Origin: Takakia lepidozioides
Taxonomy: Eukaryota > Plantae > Bryophyta
Reading direction: 5' to 3'
NCBI GenBank assembly: GCA_030704615.1
Contig: CM060733.1
Location: forward strand, 1,736,001-1,800,000
Length of the DNA stretch: 64,000 nt
Below the pieces are notes generated by a model. It saw only the letters and a list, made by a program, of their open reading frames with translations. It ran no database searches and was not told where the DNA came from. Positions within the stretch are counted from its first letter, which is position 1. Each line of letters begins with the position of its first letter. Positions 1 through 13,600 of this stretch are shown here, piece after piece. A program made the translations under genes and the position numbers.

Positions 1-948
1 CTGCTCAGTCACCCCCCACGCCTGCGGCTGGGTCCACCCTTCTCGCTGCGACAGACCATACTGAACCTGCACATCCGAGTAGACCGAGCAGATGTGGCGC
101 GCATCTGCCCGTCCAACCCCGTTTTTATCCAGACCATCCGGATTTAGGGCATCACATCGCAGCCGCCGATCGGCTCCTAGGACCCCTTTGCTCTTTTTCT
201 GTTTCCTCCTCTTTCGTCTTCCCTCGTTCATTGTTCCCTCGTTCCTCGTTTTGTCTTCCCTGCCTTTTGTTGTTTGTTGTTTGTTGTTTGTGTTGGACCC
301 AACAGATTCTTGCAATGTTGTAAGCGCGGTTGTGAAGAATCCTGGAGCATGACTCAGCGCGAAGGAGTTGTGGACTTCTAGGACAACGTCGGAGTCCATC
401 GTTTCAAGCCACAGCCTCCTTCGTTCATATGCTTCTACTTTCTTTTGCTTTGTTGTTCGCCTATACATGGGACTGTATGAGGGCGCGGAAGAGGTCCGTG
501 TTTACGTTGAGTTTACAGTGCAGACTTGAATGGAAGTGAAAATGGTTGAAGTATGTAGCTCTTTACTAACAATCGGAAGTATTCAGCGAGTCATTTTAGT
601 GGACAGCAATTGTGAATCGTTCTTTCCCTTGATCATTGTCTTCTTTGAGGCGAGTCCTCCATATACCATGTGTAGAACAACATTGCAAAAATGGCGGAAG
701 CATATGTGCATAGTTGGCTATATAAAATTCAGATTTGCTCCCGAGTTGTGTGTCTTCAATGTTGTTTGCAGGTGGACCCAGCATGTGGACCTTGCCAGTG
801 GGAATGTCCGGCGAAATTTGTTGCGCATCCAACTAGTGGACCTTCTAGATGGATGCCTGAAAGCGACCCGATTGACAGACCGGTCGGGGAGACCATTCAA
901 ATGGTCAAATGGATGGACCTTTCTTAGTGACCCCGCCGACAGATCATG

Positions 949-1450
949 AATGCACAAAGTACACGAAAAGTGCCAGCATGGGGCAGGCCAGAAGAGCATT
1001 CCATAATAGCATACCACTATGGCACACCAGAAGGGCACACCAGAACAGCAGACCACTATGGCAGACCAATAGGGCACACCAGAACAGCAGACCATTTCGA
1101 CAGAGCACTTCGATAGACCAGAGGGCTGAGCAGAAGGGGCAGACCATGCCACCATGCCAGACCAGAAGAGTAGACCAAATGCAGACCAGAAGAGCAGACC
1201 ATTATGACAGACTATACGGGCAGACCCCGACGGCAGACCGGACTGGCGGAGACTTACGGCAGACCAGTACGGCAGACCCTGACAGTGGCAACTATTGCGG
1301 CTGGGTCCAACGTACCAGAAGAGCAGATCAGAAAAGTAGACCAGAAGGGCAGACAAGTATGACAGACTATACGGGCATACCCCGACGGCAGACCGGACTG
1401 GCGGAGACTTAGGGCAAACCAGTACGGCAGACCCTGACGGCGGTAATTAT
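949..1450. repeat. Degenerate tandem array of CAGACCA/GGCAGACC units, including a ~130-bp duplication
   Basis: Many cagacca/ggcagacc motifs; 'gacagactatacgggca..ccccgacggcagaccggactggcggagactt' occurs at ~1206 and ~1361. Confidence 0.75.
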
Positions 1451-1697
1451 TGCGTTGCCGGGACATTAGATCTTGCTCATCGAATAGACCGTTGCTGCGT
1501 GTATGGCCTGCATGGCGCCTTCTGCACATGGGGTGCAGTCACTTTTTGCAGTGAGCCGTTACGTTGGACGCGTCACGTCTTTCATCTTTTCTTTGACGTC
1601 TTTCGTCTTTCCTTCTACACATTGTGTGGTGCTGGCTTGCGGTTTGTGCCTCTCCGATAGTAGCGCGACGCTTCGTGTGTACAGGCACCCTGCCAAC

Positions 1698-2445
1698 GAG
1701 GAGTCAATGTCCTCATCAACTTGTCCTTTTTTGTGGAAACTAATATCCAAGTCTGTGGTGTCCCACATCAAGGAGTTTGTTTCTGTACCATGGCGTCCCA
1801 TAGCAAAAAACCAAAACCCCACTTGACTCTACTCCCACCAGCTAGTTTGGCTGACTTCCTCCAAGTCACGGCCAAGGGTGGAGCCCAAGCTCCACCCAGT
1901 GCACTCTTCTTGGCTCTCTTCATGGCCAAGGTACGATCCTCCCCGAGGATTGAATCGCCTTACTACAACAACATTGCTTGTGACCACTCTTGATGCCGCT
2001 TTGGCATCACCTTGAACAAAGGTTTGCCTTGAACCCCTTTTGACTAGGACGATAACCTTGAACCAAATGTGGCGCCCCAACCACTACAATTGGGCCCGCT
2101 TTGAGATGCTGCCTGAGGTACGGGAACACGCCAAAGCGCACTAAGGCTTCGTCCGAGGTTACACGATTATACTACGTGAATAGAAGCATGTAGCTTCCGC
2201 GTTAGCATGCACTACAAGGCAACCCCCTTCGGTAGCACAGTTATAGTACACGCACGCGCCAAGTGCGCACTAGCACATGAACTCCTAAAGAAGATGCAAG
2301 TTTATTTGCCCCTTAGATGGGAGTCACCCGATTTCAGCACTACGCAAACACACGACTTGTCCAATTTACCTCTTCTACCTTTGTAAGCTAGCAGCATTCT
2401 ACATACTAGCCAACCACGCCATGTATTACCATTCCAAACAAAATA
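1698..2445 (-). mobile_element. Diverged fragment of the chromovirus 3' untranslated region (homologous to ~9830-10580)
   Basis: Colinear similarity, e.g. 'tcccacatcaaggagtttgtttc..accatggcgtccca' at ~1761 and ~9891, and 'accattccaaaca' at ~2428 and ~10562. Confidence 0.85.
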
Positions 2446-3179
2446 TGAAAGAGGGAAGCTAGCGTGTAAGCGCGCTCACGCTTAGCGACTAAGCGTGAGC
2501 AGACTTCGTTAAGCGTGAGCAGATTTCCTAAGTGAGCACATTTCTTAAGCGTGAGCATAGAATGAAAGTGGAGCCTATAGCCGTGGGAAAGCAAAACCTA
2601 TTGTGTGGGGACAACGTTTACGGTTTAGGGGGGCAACATACGCAAGACACGAATGGAAATTTGAGAGTAGTGCGAGACGAAATCTGTACGGATGAATGGG
2701 TATGTGGAATGGATAAATGTAGGATGAATATGGGATGAATGTTGGATGGATGAGGGACGTCAAAATACGGATGAATATACAATGGATGATAGCAATGACA
2801 TTTGGGGTGAAAGAACTTGAACGATGTTGAATGAAGTAGGCCATCCTCCACTGCTTTGAAGTTGTATGAATTTCCCTCACATACCTTTTGTTCGAAACAG
2901 TATACATGTCGTATAAACAATGCCAGTAATGAAGGTCCATGTAAGACTGGGGTATATTCAGAAAGCACGGTCGAAATTGGAAAGTGTAGAAAGTGTAGAA
3001 AGTATACAAAGCATTGTCATTCAATTGATCATGACGTGGGGTAGGAGATGGCTTCAGTCAAGAAAGTGCTGCCATCAAACAGCATGAAGTTTTTTTCCAT
3101 ATAAAGGCGACTTTGTCATCTGTCACCGGACGTCACAGAAAAACAGCCCAGGCTTTGCAAGGTCATGCCCGAGAACATC

Positions 3180-4723
3180 TCAAACTCGTGCAGTACTATC
3201 TCGCTCAAGTAGTGTCATAACATCAACAGGCCCTATCGTACATTGGTGAATGTATGTGTCTGTTTTTGGATCACAAAACATCCTCTGAATGTACATGTAG
3301 TACAAATGTTTGCATGATTTGTCTCTCTTTCCTAGAGAACTGGAGATTGTGTTTTTGAAGTCTGGGCAAGTGCAATCTGGGAAATTGGAAACTGTCACCT
3401 CGTACCCCCTGATAGCGGAACATTTCACCTTTGAGCCTTGCGGAGTTTGTTCTATGTGCCACAACGCGTCTGCACAATCAGACTCCTGGATGGGCAGCAG
3501 GTTTGCCCCCGTGTAGTTGTAGTTGTGGACTCCGTGAACTCTGTCGAGGAAGATTCACCCACAAAGGATGTTGTGTGCACAAAAGTGGGTGGCACGGGCA
3601 CACGTGGCACCAAAAGTTATCCCTATCATGTCAATGTGAATCACCGTCCGATCCGGAGGGGTGTCCAGTTTGCGCTTGCATGAACCGAATCTCTCCTCAC
3701 CTTCCAGATGAGGATGTCTTGATTGCAAAGGTGTTCCCATTGTGCATTCGTTTACAACCTTTGTCATTCAGCAGGATCCTTGCATCTGTTTGCAGCCCTC
3801 AACTGCAACTCCGCCCTGTCTGGCCCTTACCAGAACCGCGTCCACGAAGGAAATCTCGTACGTGTCTGTTGCGAAAGCGCTCGGACCATGTCATCCGAAG
3901 TGGCAACGTACAGGTCCCGTCCGTTCTTGCCGGATTGCGCATTCCCACACTATGCATAGTCTCGGATAGATTATAGGAAGGCATATCCGTTATGTCCTCC
4001 AGAGACATATTTTGCACACAATATTCTTTCCATTAATTATTGTACTTCAAAAGCTAATAGCATTGAAGAAAGACACGTCAACAGGGGTAATAGCGTGAAT
4101 TGAACTTATGCAAGCCTCGGAAATTAAGAAGGGACCTTACTCTTGTCATGAACTCTCCCCACTGTTTGTATCTGAAGTGCCAGAATCCCATCCATTCGTC
4201 AAGTTCTTTGAGGCCATCCTGACTTGCTGCAACGGAGGAGTACCACCATGCCCTTATAGTTGGTATAAGGAGTTTCCTTCGATCTTGCTTGTCGCATCTT
4301 TATACAACCGACAGAGTCTCATGTGTTCCTCCTGCAACTCTGGTTTTATGCAACTCTTGGTGTGCCTTCGGAGGGACTGCGTCCAATGGAACAGGCAAGT
4401 GCGCTCCCTGCCCATCATGGGTATTTTCGGATCACCACTTCCAAAAAACAGACCGGACTGCATTCCAATTTGCCTGCGCGCTATCGGCCATAAATCCATG
4501 AAAGTTTGGATCTGAGACACCATGGTTTCTCATGACTTTCACAAGGGACTTCTACATTAGGATTTGAGACTCAGTGTCTTCGGATTGCATGTCACACACT
4601 GCAATTGTCATAACTCTTTGGTAAGAAGGATCGTACACATGAGCAGCCATGGTTGTCCAGCCCTTCACACGTTTCACATGATCAAACATGAGCCAAGATT
4701 TCTGGAGATCGCCACCGGGCTGC
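3180..4723 (-). pseudogene. Mutator/MULE-type DDE transposase with C-terminal SWIM zinc finger; frameshifted and 5'-truncated
   Basis: Minus-strand translation gives QPGGDLQKSWLMFDHVKRVKGWTTMAAHVYDP..MTIAVCDMQSED (first D), FMADSAQANWNAVR (second D), ERTCLFHWTQSL (CxxH), IRAWWYSS..WMGFWHFRYKQWG, an intron at ~4140-4010, MPSYNLSETMH (E), and SWIM DCTCPDF...SCKHLYY in ORF 3180-3464. Confidence 0.8.
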
Positions 4724-6790
4724 ACTGGCGGTCGCTTTTACTGTTTAATTTTTTAAATAGAGCGACCGATAGTAATGACGGTCGTTTTTTTGGTTATTTT
4801 TTTAAATGTAGCGACCACCATGGTGGCGGTCGATTCTAGAAGGTGTGCCTTACGCGTGGTCAGAGGAATGAGAAGAGGGGGGGGGGAGATAAGCCAAGGG
4901 AGGTTTCTTTCCCCTCACTTCCTCTCCACACAACTTATATGCTGGCGGTCGCTTTTGTTTTTTATTTATTTATTAATATAGCGACGGCCATTACTGGCGG
5001 TCGCTTATATATTTTTAATTTCTGAAAATGTTGCGACTGCCAGTTTTGGCGGTCGTTTTTCTTTTTTTCTTTTTTTAAATAGAGCGCCCGCCATTACATG
5101 TGGTCGCATGTATATTTTTTAATTTCAAAAAATGTTGCGACTGCAGTAGTGACCGTCGCTTTTATTTTTTATTTTTTTATAGAGCGACCGTCGTTACTGG
5201 CGGTCGAATTTATTGTTTAATTTTTTAAATAGAACGAACGCCATTCACTGGCGGTCGTTTATTTTTTTTTTTTAAATGTAACGACCGCCATGGTGACGGA
5301 AGGTGTGCCTTACGCGTGGACCGATGAATGAGAGGGGGGGGGGCAGATAAGCAAAGGGAGGCTCATTCTCCCTCACTTCCTCTCCACACAACTTATGTGC
5401 GACCGCCATTATTGGCGGTCGCTTTTGTTTTTTATTTATTTATAAATAGCGACGGCCATTACTGGCGGTCGCTTGTATATTTTTAATTTCTGAAATGCTG
5501 CGACCGCCAGTTATGGCGGTCGCTTTTATTTATTTATTTTTTAAAATAGAGCGACCGCCATTAATGGTGGTTGCTTGTATATTTTTAATTTTCTGAAAAT
5601 ATTGCGACTACTAGTAATGGCCAGAGCGACCGTCGTACATGCAGTCGATTTATTGTTTAATTTTTTTAATTAGGGCAACCGCCATTATCGGCAGTCGTTT
5701 TTTGTTGTTTATTTTAAATGTAGCGAGGGCCATAGGATGGGCGCTTTACTTTTTAGAAAAACTTAACAGAGCGACCGCCGTACTGGCGGTCGCTTCATTT
5801 TTAAAAGAAAACGAAAGAGAAACACAGCCATAGTGCGGTCGTTTTTTTTTTTATAAAAATAAATAAATTAATAAAAACGTAAACGAGCGACCGCGGAATT
5901 GGCGATCGCTTCAGTTTCTTAAAAAGTGAAGAAAAGCGACCGCCGTATGGCGGTCGCGTCAGTTTTTTTTTCTTTTCTTTTTCTTTTCTTTTCCCTTTCT
6001 TTCTTTCTTTCTTTGGTTTTGTTTAAAATAAAAATAAATAATTATTAAATTGTTATTTTTAATGTTTTTTTGAAGGAGTTACCGCCGTATTGGCAGTCGC
6101 TTTAGTTTTTTAAAAAGCGAAAAAGAGCGATCTCCATATGGCGGTCGCTTCATTTTTAAAATAAATAAACGAAAATGAGCGACCACTATAGTGGCGGTCG
6201 CTTCATTTTTTTTATAAAAAAAAAATAACGACCGCCGTATTGGCGGTCGCTTCATTGTTTTAAATAAACAAAAAGAGCGACCGCCGTATTGGCGGTTGCT
6301 TCATATATATATTTTTAAAAAGAGCGACTGCCGTAGTTGTAGTCGTTTCATTTAAATTCTTAAAAAAAATTCACTGCCGCTAATTGGCGGCCGCTAAATT
6401 AAAAAAAAAAAATGAGCGACCGCCATTTGGCGGTCGCTGCATTTTCTTTAAACAAATTAAAGAAGCAACGGTTTGGCGGTCGCTTCATTTTAGAATCAAA
6501 ATAAAAATATATGACGGCCGGCGAATGGCGGTCGTTTGTGTTTTTAAAAAAAAATTTAAACTCCGAGCGACTACCAATCTGGGCGGTCGTTTATTTTTTG
6601 AAACTAATAATTTTCAAGCAACCGCCAATATAGGCCGTCATTTAATTTAAAATATAATAAATTGTAAGCTACCGCCAATATGGGCAGTCGCTCCATTTAA
6701 AACTTCATAAATTGCCGGCAACCGCCAATATAGGCGGTCGCTTAATATAAAAATTAAATTACAAGCGACCGCCAATATGGGTGGTCGCTT
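4724..6790. repeat. Array of ~38 short palindromes (AGCGACCGCC-N4-6-GGCGGTCGCT) at ~50-bp period with A/T-tract spacers
   Basis: Directly visible, e.g. agcgaccgccgtactggcggtcgct at 5770 and agcgaccgccatttggcggtcgct at 6415. A ~100-bp non-hairpin block (aaggtgtgccttacgcgtgg...ctccacacaactta) is duplicated at ~4840 and ~5300. Confidence 0.9.
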
Positions 6791-7535
6791 GATTTAAAAA
6801 AATAATAACTTTTAAACGTCCGTATTTTTTTCAAATAAATTAATAAATTTTAATAATTGGCCACGTCTGTTTTACACCGTAGCTGTCATATCATTACAAC
6901 GGGTAGAAGTAAATCGTAAAAGTCAAATATAAAAAAAAAATAGTTGAGTAAACGTCCGGATTCGACGTGACGTCTGACGTGTCCGGGGCCACGTCACGTT
7001 AGGAATGATAACTAGGTCCGATAGAGTACGACTACGCCAAGGAGCATGGTTGGCAATCCCCTCATGCACAACATGGCCAACTCGGAGGGGATTAGTGCAT
7101 TACAGGGCACTAGTTTGGATGGGGGGGGGGTCATGACAGGGATTGGATGAGATCTCTGTGGGAGTTTAGGGACCTCGTTCAGGTGCTCCGGCGCAGGCCG
7201 GTCGGGTGATAGCGATAGATTATCCTCCGCGGAGTCATCAGGCTCATCCGATAGCTATGACTCCGATGACTCCGAGGATGACTAGTCCTACATTTGAATC
7301 GTTGTGAGCAAAATATTTACGCTTATTGCTTGTAAATATATTTCCATCTTACACCTTGTATTTCATTTTGTGTTGCACCGGCCTCACCCTCAACTCATGC
7401 TTGCTCATACTCATGCAGTAAACCAAACTTGTATACCTGCTAAATTAGAGCAATGGAAGCTCTGAGGTCACTCAACACCCAAAAAAAAACCTGGGAAAAA
7501 ATAAAATCCACCCCCAATTCAATGCAAAATAGCAG

Positions 7536-7897
7536 GTGACCTTTGGGCGTCGCAGGAAACCTTGCGACGCCCTCATGCCTGTTGCAACGCCCGAGGGTCG
7601 CAAGCCACAACCCCATGACGCCACCCAGCGACGGCCTGGCGTCGCTAGCCGGAGGCCCCGCCGGTGTTGTGGATCGCCAAAAAGCGACGTCGGGGCGTCG
7701 CCGGAGGGGCGGGGCGTCCCCCCCCCCCTTTGTGACCCCCCGATGTTGCTATTTTGCGACGTTCTTGGTGCGACGGCCGGGCGTTGCAAATTGGGGTTGC
7801 TACCGCCCCAAAAGGGGGCTTTAGCAATGCCTCGGCATCGCTAAACACCTTTTTTTAATTTTTTTTTAATTTTTTTTAAATTGTCCTCCTTGTAGTG
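7536..7897. mobile_element. Right terminus of a CACTA (En/Spm) element with subterminal inverted repeats
   Basis: Ends in tcctccttgtagtg (reverse complement CACTACAAGGAGGA) at 7884-7897, preceded by GC-rich ggcgtcgc/gcgacgcc repeats. No matching left TIR found. Confidence 0.6.
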
Positions 7898-8090
7898 ACC
7901 ACCTGTGCTGTTGGATCATGAAAATGAACCTAAGTACGAGGTGGAGGCAGTGCTTAAGTCAAGGAGGTTTAAGAATCGAGAAACAGAGTATCTCGTGAAA
8001 TGGAAGGTCTATCATCAGGTAGATGCAACTTGGGTGCGTGCTTGAGAAATGGGAAACACACCTGAGGCGGTAGTAGCATTTGAAGGGCGA
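7898..8090 (+). pseudogene. Isolated chromodomain-coding fragment of the chromovirus family
   Basis: Translates as PPVLLDHENEPKYEVEAVLKSRRFKNRETEYLVKWKVYHQVDATWVRA*; near match to the reverse complement of ~10740-10930. Confidence 0.85.
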
Positions 8091-8727
8091 TCGCTCTTTG
8101 TAATTCTCGGACGATTTTGTCCATTATCTATACGAAGAGACTACGCTTACCCAACGAGTTTATTGGAGTGTGCGAGCATGACAACACGGACGTTCGGAAG
8201 TTTGGACGGCCGGCGGGGGCAGCGTCAAATCCCCTCCCCTTGTAAAATCCTCCCGACCCCCTCCCCGGGCCCAACCAGGCCCCGCGGGTGCGGTGCCCGC
8301 CCCCCCCGCCCCTGGCCTGTTCGCTCCCTTCACCACCGCCGCCCCTCCCTCGCCCCCCGACCGCCAGAGCAACCCCGCCTTCCTGGGCCTCGACACCCCA
8401 GCCCGTTATATACTCCACGCTGGCCTTTCGACACTCGATCTCTCGGGTAGCTCGGTGGTCATCCGCGCATCCCGCCTGCAAATAACTCTCTAGTTTGATC
8501 CCGGCCCCGTGCCGTAAAATTCTTCCGCTCCCCGCACGCGTCTTCCCCCGGTCCCCTCCACCTCCGTTTTCCCTCACAAGGGCTCCCCACTCCCCTCCAT
8601 CAACCCTGCTCCCCGGCCCAATGTGACTTAGTGCTCTATGATAATTACAAAATGCTTTGAGCTCCAATTCCAATATCGAACCAGTAGAAAATTGACACAT
8701 GTTCAAAGCTGACATAACTTTTTGGTA

Positions 8728-9035
8728 AACATGGATGGATGAACTCATCCAATATATGAATCGATTCATGTGTATGCCTTCAAAATGACACGTGTAGTAA
8801 TGTAGTCATATAAATGCCTTTACAATGACACGGACAGTGATGTAGTAATATAAAGAGTTGTGAACCATCTGCAGTCATGCAGTCATAAGTTTCCATGGCA
8901 TGTCATGGATGGATGAACTCATCCAATGGATGAATCCATCCATGTATATGCCTTCAAAATGACACGTGCAGTGATGTAGCCGTATAAATAGAGTTGTGAA
9001 ACCATCTCCAGTCATAGTTTCCATGAAACGTCATC
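8728..9035. repeat. Tandem ~175-bp duplication
   Basis: 'atggatggatgaactcatccaat...tatgccttcaaaatgacacgtg' at ~8730 and ~8905; 'gagttgtgaa(a)ccatct' occurs twice. Confidence 0.7.
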
Positions 9036-9094
9036 TGGAGCATTGGTCAAACATTGTTGACCATGATGTCAAGGATGGTTTATACTACTAGTAG

Positions 9095-9814
9095 TGTCGC
9101 ACACCTCAGTTCGGTAAACTCCCTTCAAGTCATAGTTACTCGCTTTGATGCGCGCGCCTGACTCCCAACCTGGCCTCCAGGCCAACTTGGAGTTTCGGCT
9201 GCTCACCGGGACATAACGGTCCCCTTCCGCTTCCCTCTAAACCCTCCACCTATTTGGACTAGGAGAATTCCCTTTGGTAGATGGCAGTCCGGAACAGCTC
9301 CCCACTCTTTGGTCGCTTTCCGGCTCGCACGCTTACTCACTAGTTTTTGGTCACCAACGGGCTTGCACCGTTCTCGGGGTTACTACTCCCTATATATACT
9401 TCTGTAGCTGTCCGCGGGGGTTTCATAACCAGCCATGCCATTTTATGGCGAACCACCACGAAAACCCTCGACTCCCGGTGGTGAGTCGCGGTGAGTCTTG
9501 GCCCACTCACCGCGGCCCCATGGACCGTGATGAGTCCCAAGACTCCCCACGACTCCCACCTCGAGGTCTCCTCCCCATGGTGAGTCCTATGCCACCCCCA
9601 CTAAGTCCCACTAAGCTACCACCACCCCTTGTGGAGCCACCTCCACCGCAACCCGGTGTGCGGGGCTCCACCTAGTGAGCGCCTCCGCCTCCTTGAGTGC
9701 CTTGGGCACTCAAGGGTGCTTCAGCCCCCCATACCTATCGCTGCCGCTGCCCCACCACAGGGGCAGCCCCTCATGTGTCCCGACCCCCTGCCCTCAAGGC
9801 AAAGGGCCGCGACA
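9095..9814 (-). repeat. 3' LTR of the chromovirus (~720 bp)
   Basis: tgtcgcacacctc...ggccgcgaca; near-identical to 15322-16045. Confidence 0.95.
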
Positions 9815-9826
9815 CACACCCCTACC
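9815..9826 (-). promoter_or_regulatory. Polypurine tract
   Basis: Minus strand reads ggtaggggtgtg immediately before the 3' LTR. Confidence 0.65.
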
Positions 9827-10656
9827 AACAGGAGTCGATGTCCTCATCGACTTTGTCCATTTTGTAGAAACGAACATCCAAGTTGTGGCGTCCCACATCA
9901 AGGAGTTTGTTTCCGTACCATGGCGTCCCATGGCAAAGAACCAAACCCCACACTTGACTCCACTCTCCACTAGCTAGTTCGGCCGACTTCCTCCAAGTCC
10001 CGGCCAAGGGTGGGCCTCTCCAGCTCCTCCCAGTGCACTCTTCTTGGCCTACTTCAAGGCCAAGGAACGATCCTCCCGAGGATCGAATCGCCTTACTGCA
10101 ACAACATTGCTTGCGATCGCTCATGATGCCGCTTTTGGCATCACCTTGAGCAAGGGTTCACCTGGAACCCTCTTTGACTAGGAAGATAACCTTGAACCAA
10201 CCGTGCGCCCCAATCACTACAATTGGGTCCGCCTTGGAATGCTGGCCTGAGGTACGGGAACACGCCGAAGCCGCACTACGACTTCGTCCCGAGGCTACAC
10301 GATTATAGTACGTGAACGGAAGCACGTAGCTTCCGCGTTAGCCCGCACTACAAGGCAACCCCCTCGGTAGCGCAGTTATAGTACGCACGCGCCAGGTGCG
10401 CACTAGCACTTGAACTCCCAAATAAGGCGCAAGTTTCCTTGCCCCTTGGATGGGAGTCACCCGATTTCGGCACTGCGCAAACACACGATTAACCCAATTT
10501 ACCTCTCCCACTTTTGTAAGCTAGCATGCATTCTACACACCAGCCAACCACACCATGCATCACCATTCCAAACACAATAGGACGCACAATATTTGGAACC
10601 CATTTCCTTTATACAAATTTTTGTACAATACAAGTTTTTGCAATCGGATTCCTGAG

Positions 10657-13600
10657 CTAGCTAAACCGGGCTAAGCATGCATTTCCTCCCCCACGCTCCA
10701 AGGTTGATGTCCCCATCAACGCTTCTTCCGCTTTTGAGGTCGCCCTTCGAACTGCAACTGCCTCGGATGCGTTTCCCATTTCTGAGGCACGCACCCAAGA
10801 TGCCTCCACAAGATGATAGCCCTTCCATTTGACGAGATACTCCGTTTCTCGGTTCTTGAACCTCCTCGACTTAAGTATTGCCTCCACCTCGTACTCGGGT
10901 TCATTTTCATGATCCAACAGCATAGGTGGCGGACGCAACACTTGCTGCCGATTCGGACGTGCTTCATCTTTGAAGTAAGGCTTCAAAAGGGAGACATGGA
11001 ATACTGGGTGCACCTTGCTGTTTGCTGGCAGCTCCAATTCATACACATCCTCATTCATAACCTCCGAATGCGAAAGGGACCCGCATACGGAGGTACGAAC
11101 TTCGGACTCATTTCCGGAGGTAGTCGAAATTCTTGATGTTCAACCAGACCTCTGTGCCTGCCTCAAACTTCACTTCCCTCCGCTTCCGATTCGCCTGCCT
11201 TTCATACCGTTTCCTAGCTTTGGCAATGTTGTACTTTGCGAGCTTCAACAAACGCTCGCGTTCTTCCAGTACCGCGCTACTGCCGGTTCCTCAACGTCCT
11301 GGGCGGCCCAACTTGTCGGCACCAGAGGTGCTTTTCCATAGACCAACACAAAAGGGGAAACTCCCGTCGCGGAGTGTTTCTGTGTTATTATAACAGAACT
11401 CTGCCGCGTCTAAGTGTTCCATCCAGTCTGATTGGTCTGCCGACACGTAATTCCGCAAGAATTGCTTCACTACGGAATTCACTCTTTCCGTTTGGCCGTC
11501 CGTCGTAGGTCGGAAGGCGGTGCTCATCTTCAGCCTCGTCCCCATCTTCTTCCAAAGTGCTCTCCAGAATTTACTCGTAAACTTTGGATCGCGGTCCGAG
11601 ACAATATCCTTCGGGACTCCATGATGCTTTAAGACGTGGGCGAAGTAAAGTCGCCCTGTCTCCTGCGCCGTTGCCGTCTCCTTGGTGGGGATGAAATGGC
11701 CATTTTACTGAACCTATCTACCACCACCATGATTGCATCGAATCCTTTTGACAGCGGCATAGCAGTCATGAAATCCATCGAGACGCTTTCCCAAGTCCCC
11801 TCTGGAATCGGCAAGGGTTGTAACAGCCCGCTTGCTTTTTATACTCGCTCCGGTTTTGTTGGCATGTGGTGCATGTCTTACATACTCCTCTGCCTCCTCC
11901 CTCAGTTTGGGCCAGAAATACTCTTTCTTCAAGAGTGCCGCAGTGCGCTTGGCTCCACCGTGGCCCGCAAGCGGGCTATCATGGCATTCTCTCAAGAGCT
12001 ATCCCTGATCCCTCCTTTGGCACATAGAGACGTTTTTGCTTATACCGGAGCAGTCCGTTTTGCAAGTGGAACTGCGATTTAACCCCCATTCTCAAGTCTG
12101 CATCACGCACTTTGCCAGCTCATCCTTCCGGCAAGCCTTCCGGATCTTCCTTTGGAGCGCCGTCTCGCCCTTGTACACCAACAAGAGCTGCTGCTTTCTA
12201 CTTAAAGCATCGGCCACCACATATTGTCCCGTCCCGGTTTGTACTGGATATCCACGTCGAACACTGCCAAAGTATCTTGCCACCTAAGTTGTTTTGGGGA
12301 CAACTTGGGCTGCGTGGCAAAATACTTCACCGTGACATTGTCCGTGAACACCTTCACTGGGTTGGAACCAACATAGTGGCGCCAGAGTTCAAGGCAATGC
12401 ACCACCGCCTTCATCTCTTTTTCGTGCGTCGGCCACCGTCGCTCCACTTCATTCAGTTTCTTACTTTCGTAAGCCACTGGACGTCCATCTTGCATAAGTA
12501 CACCCCCAATTGCGAAGTCCGATGCATCTGTATGAATCTCAAACGGACGATCGAACTCCGGGATTTTTAAGACTGGAGCTTCCGTCATCCGCTGCTTCAA
12601 TTCAGCAAAAGCTTGGCCACAAAATGTGTTCCATACCCAGACTTTGGATTTACACAGAAGGTCCGACAGCGCCCCGCGATCTTGGCGAAATTTCTCACAT
12701 ACTTCCGGTAATAGGAGGCGAGTCCTAGGAAGGATCGCACTCCCGGGACCGAAGTCGGAGGCTCCCAGTCCAAGATCGCCCTCACCTTTCTGTCATCCAT
12801 TTTGATCCCATCCTGTGTAATCACGTGCCCAAGAACTCCACTTTTGTGACCCCGAATTCGCACTTTGAAGCTTTGGCATACAGCTTCCCTTCTCGCAATT
12901 TTTGGAACACCCTTTTGAGGTGCTCCAGGTGCTCCTCCTTTGTTTTCGAGTACACCAAGATGTCGTCGATGTACACGATCACAAAGTCATCCAACCACTC
13001 CTGGAAAAGGCTGTTCATCAGCGTGCTAAATGTCGCTGGTGCATTGGTGAGCCCAAAAGGCATCACCAAGAACTCATATGAACCATACCTTGTCCTGCAC
13101 GCGGTCTTCTCCTCATCTCCTTCCGCCACCCGAATTTGGTGATAGCCGGAGCGCAAGTCGATCCGGCTGAAATACTTCGCTCCTGCCAACCGATCGAAGA
13201 GGTCGTCGATCCTTGGCAAAGGGTACCGGTTTTTGATAGTCACCTTATTCAGAGCCCTGTAATCGACACACATCCGCAGCGTCCCATCCTTCTTGTCTGC
13301 AAATAGCACCGGGGCTCCGTAAGGTGACTTACTCGGCCGGATGTACCCCTTTGACATTAGATCTTTGAGCTGAGTCTTCAGCTCGACCAACTCTTTGTGG
13401 CTCAACCGGTAGGGCGCTTGGCAGGCGGTTCCGATCCCGGTATCACCTCAATTTTGTGGTCAACTCCTCTTCGCGGTGGCAAGCCGCTTGGTAAATCCTC
13501 CGGCATCACATCCTGGTATTTCTCCAAAATCCCCTTGATCCAATCTGGGCTCGGCTCCCCATCGCCTTCTCCTTTCACTTCTCTAATGTAAAGCAAAAAC

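Noticed and set aside
718-1529. Overlapping ORFs of 90-212 aa
   Set aside because: Low-complexity translations of the CAGACC tandem repeat.
2082-2090. CACTACAA as the left TIR partner of the CACTA end at 7897
   Set aside because: It is part of the chromovirus 3' region homology (also at ~10215), the following bases do not match the TIR, and there is no TSD.
4724-6790. CRISPR array
   Set aside because: Repeats are degenerate, spacers are low-complexity A/T tracts, there are no cas genes, and the context is eukaryotic.
8049-8769. GC-rich ORFs of 133-213 aa (similar ones at 16025-16864)
   Set aside because: No recognisable domains; open frames are expected in very GC-rich, low-complexity sequence.
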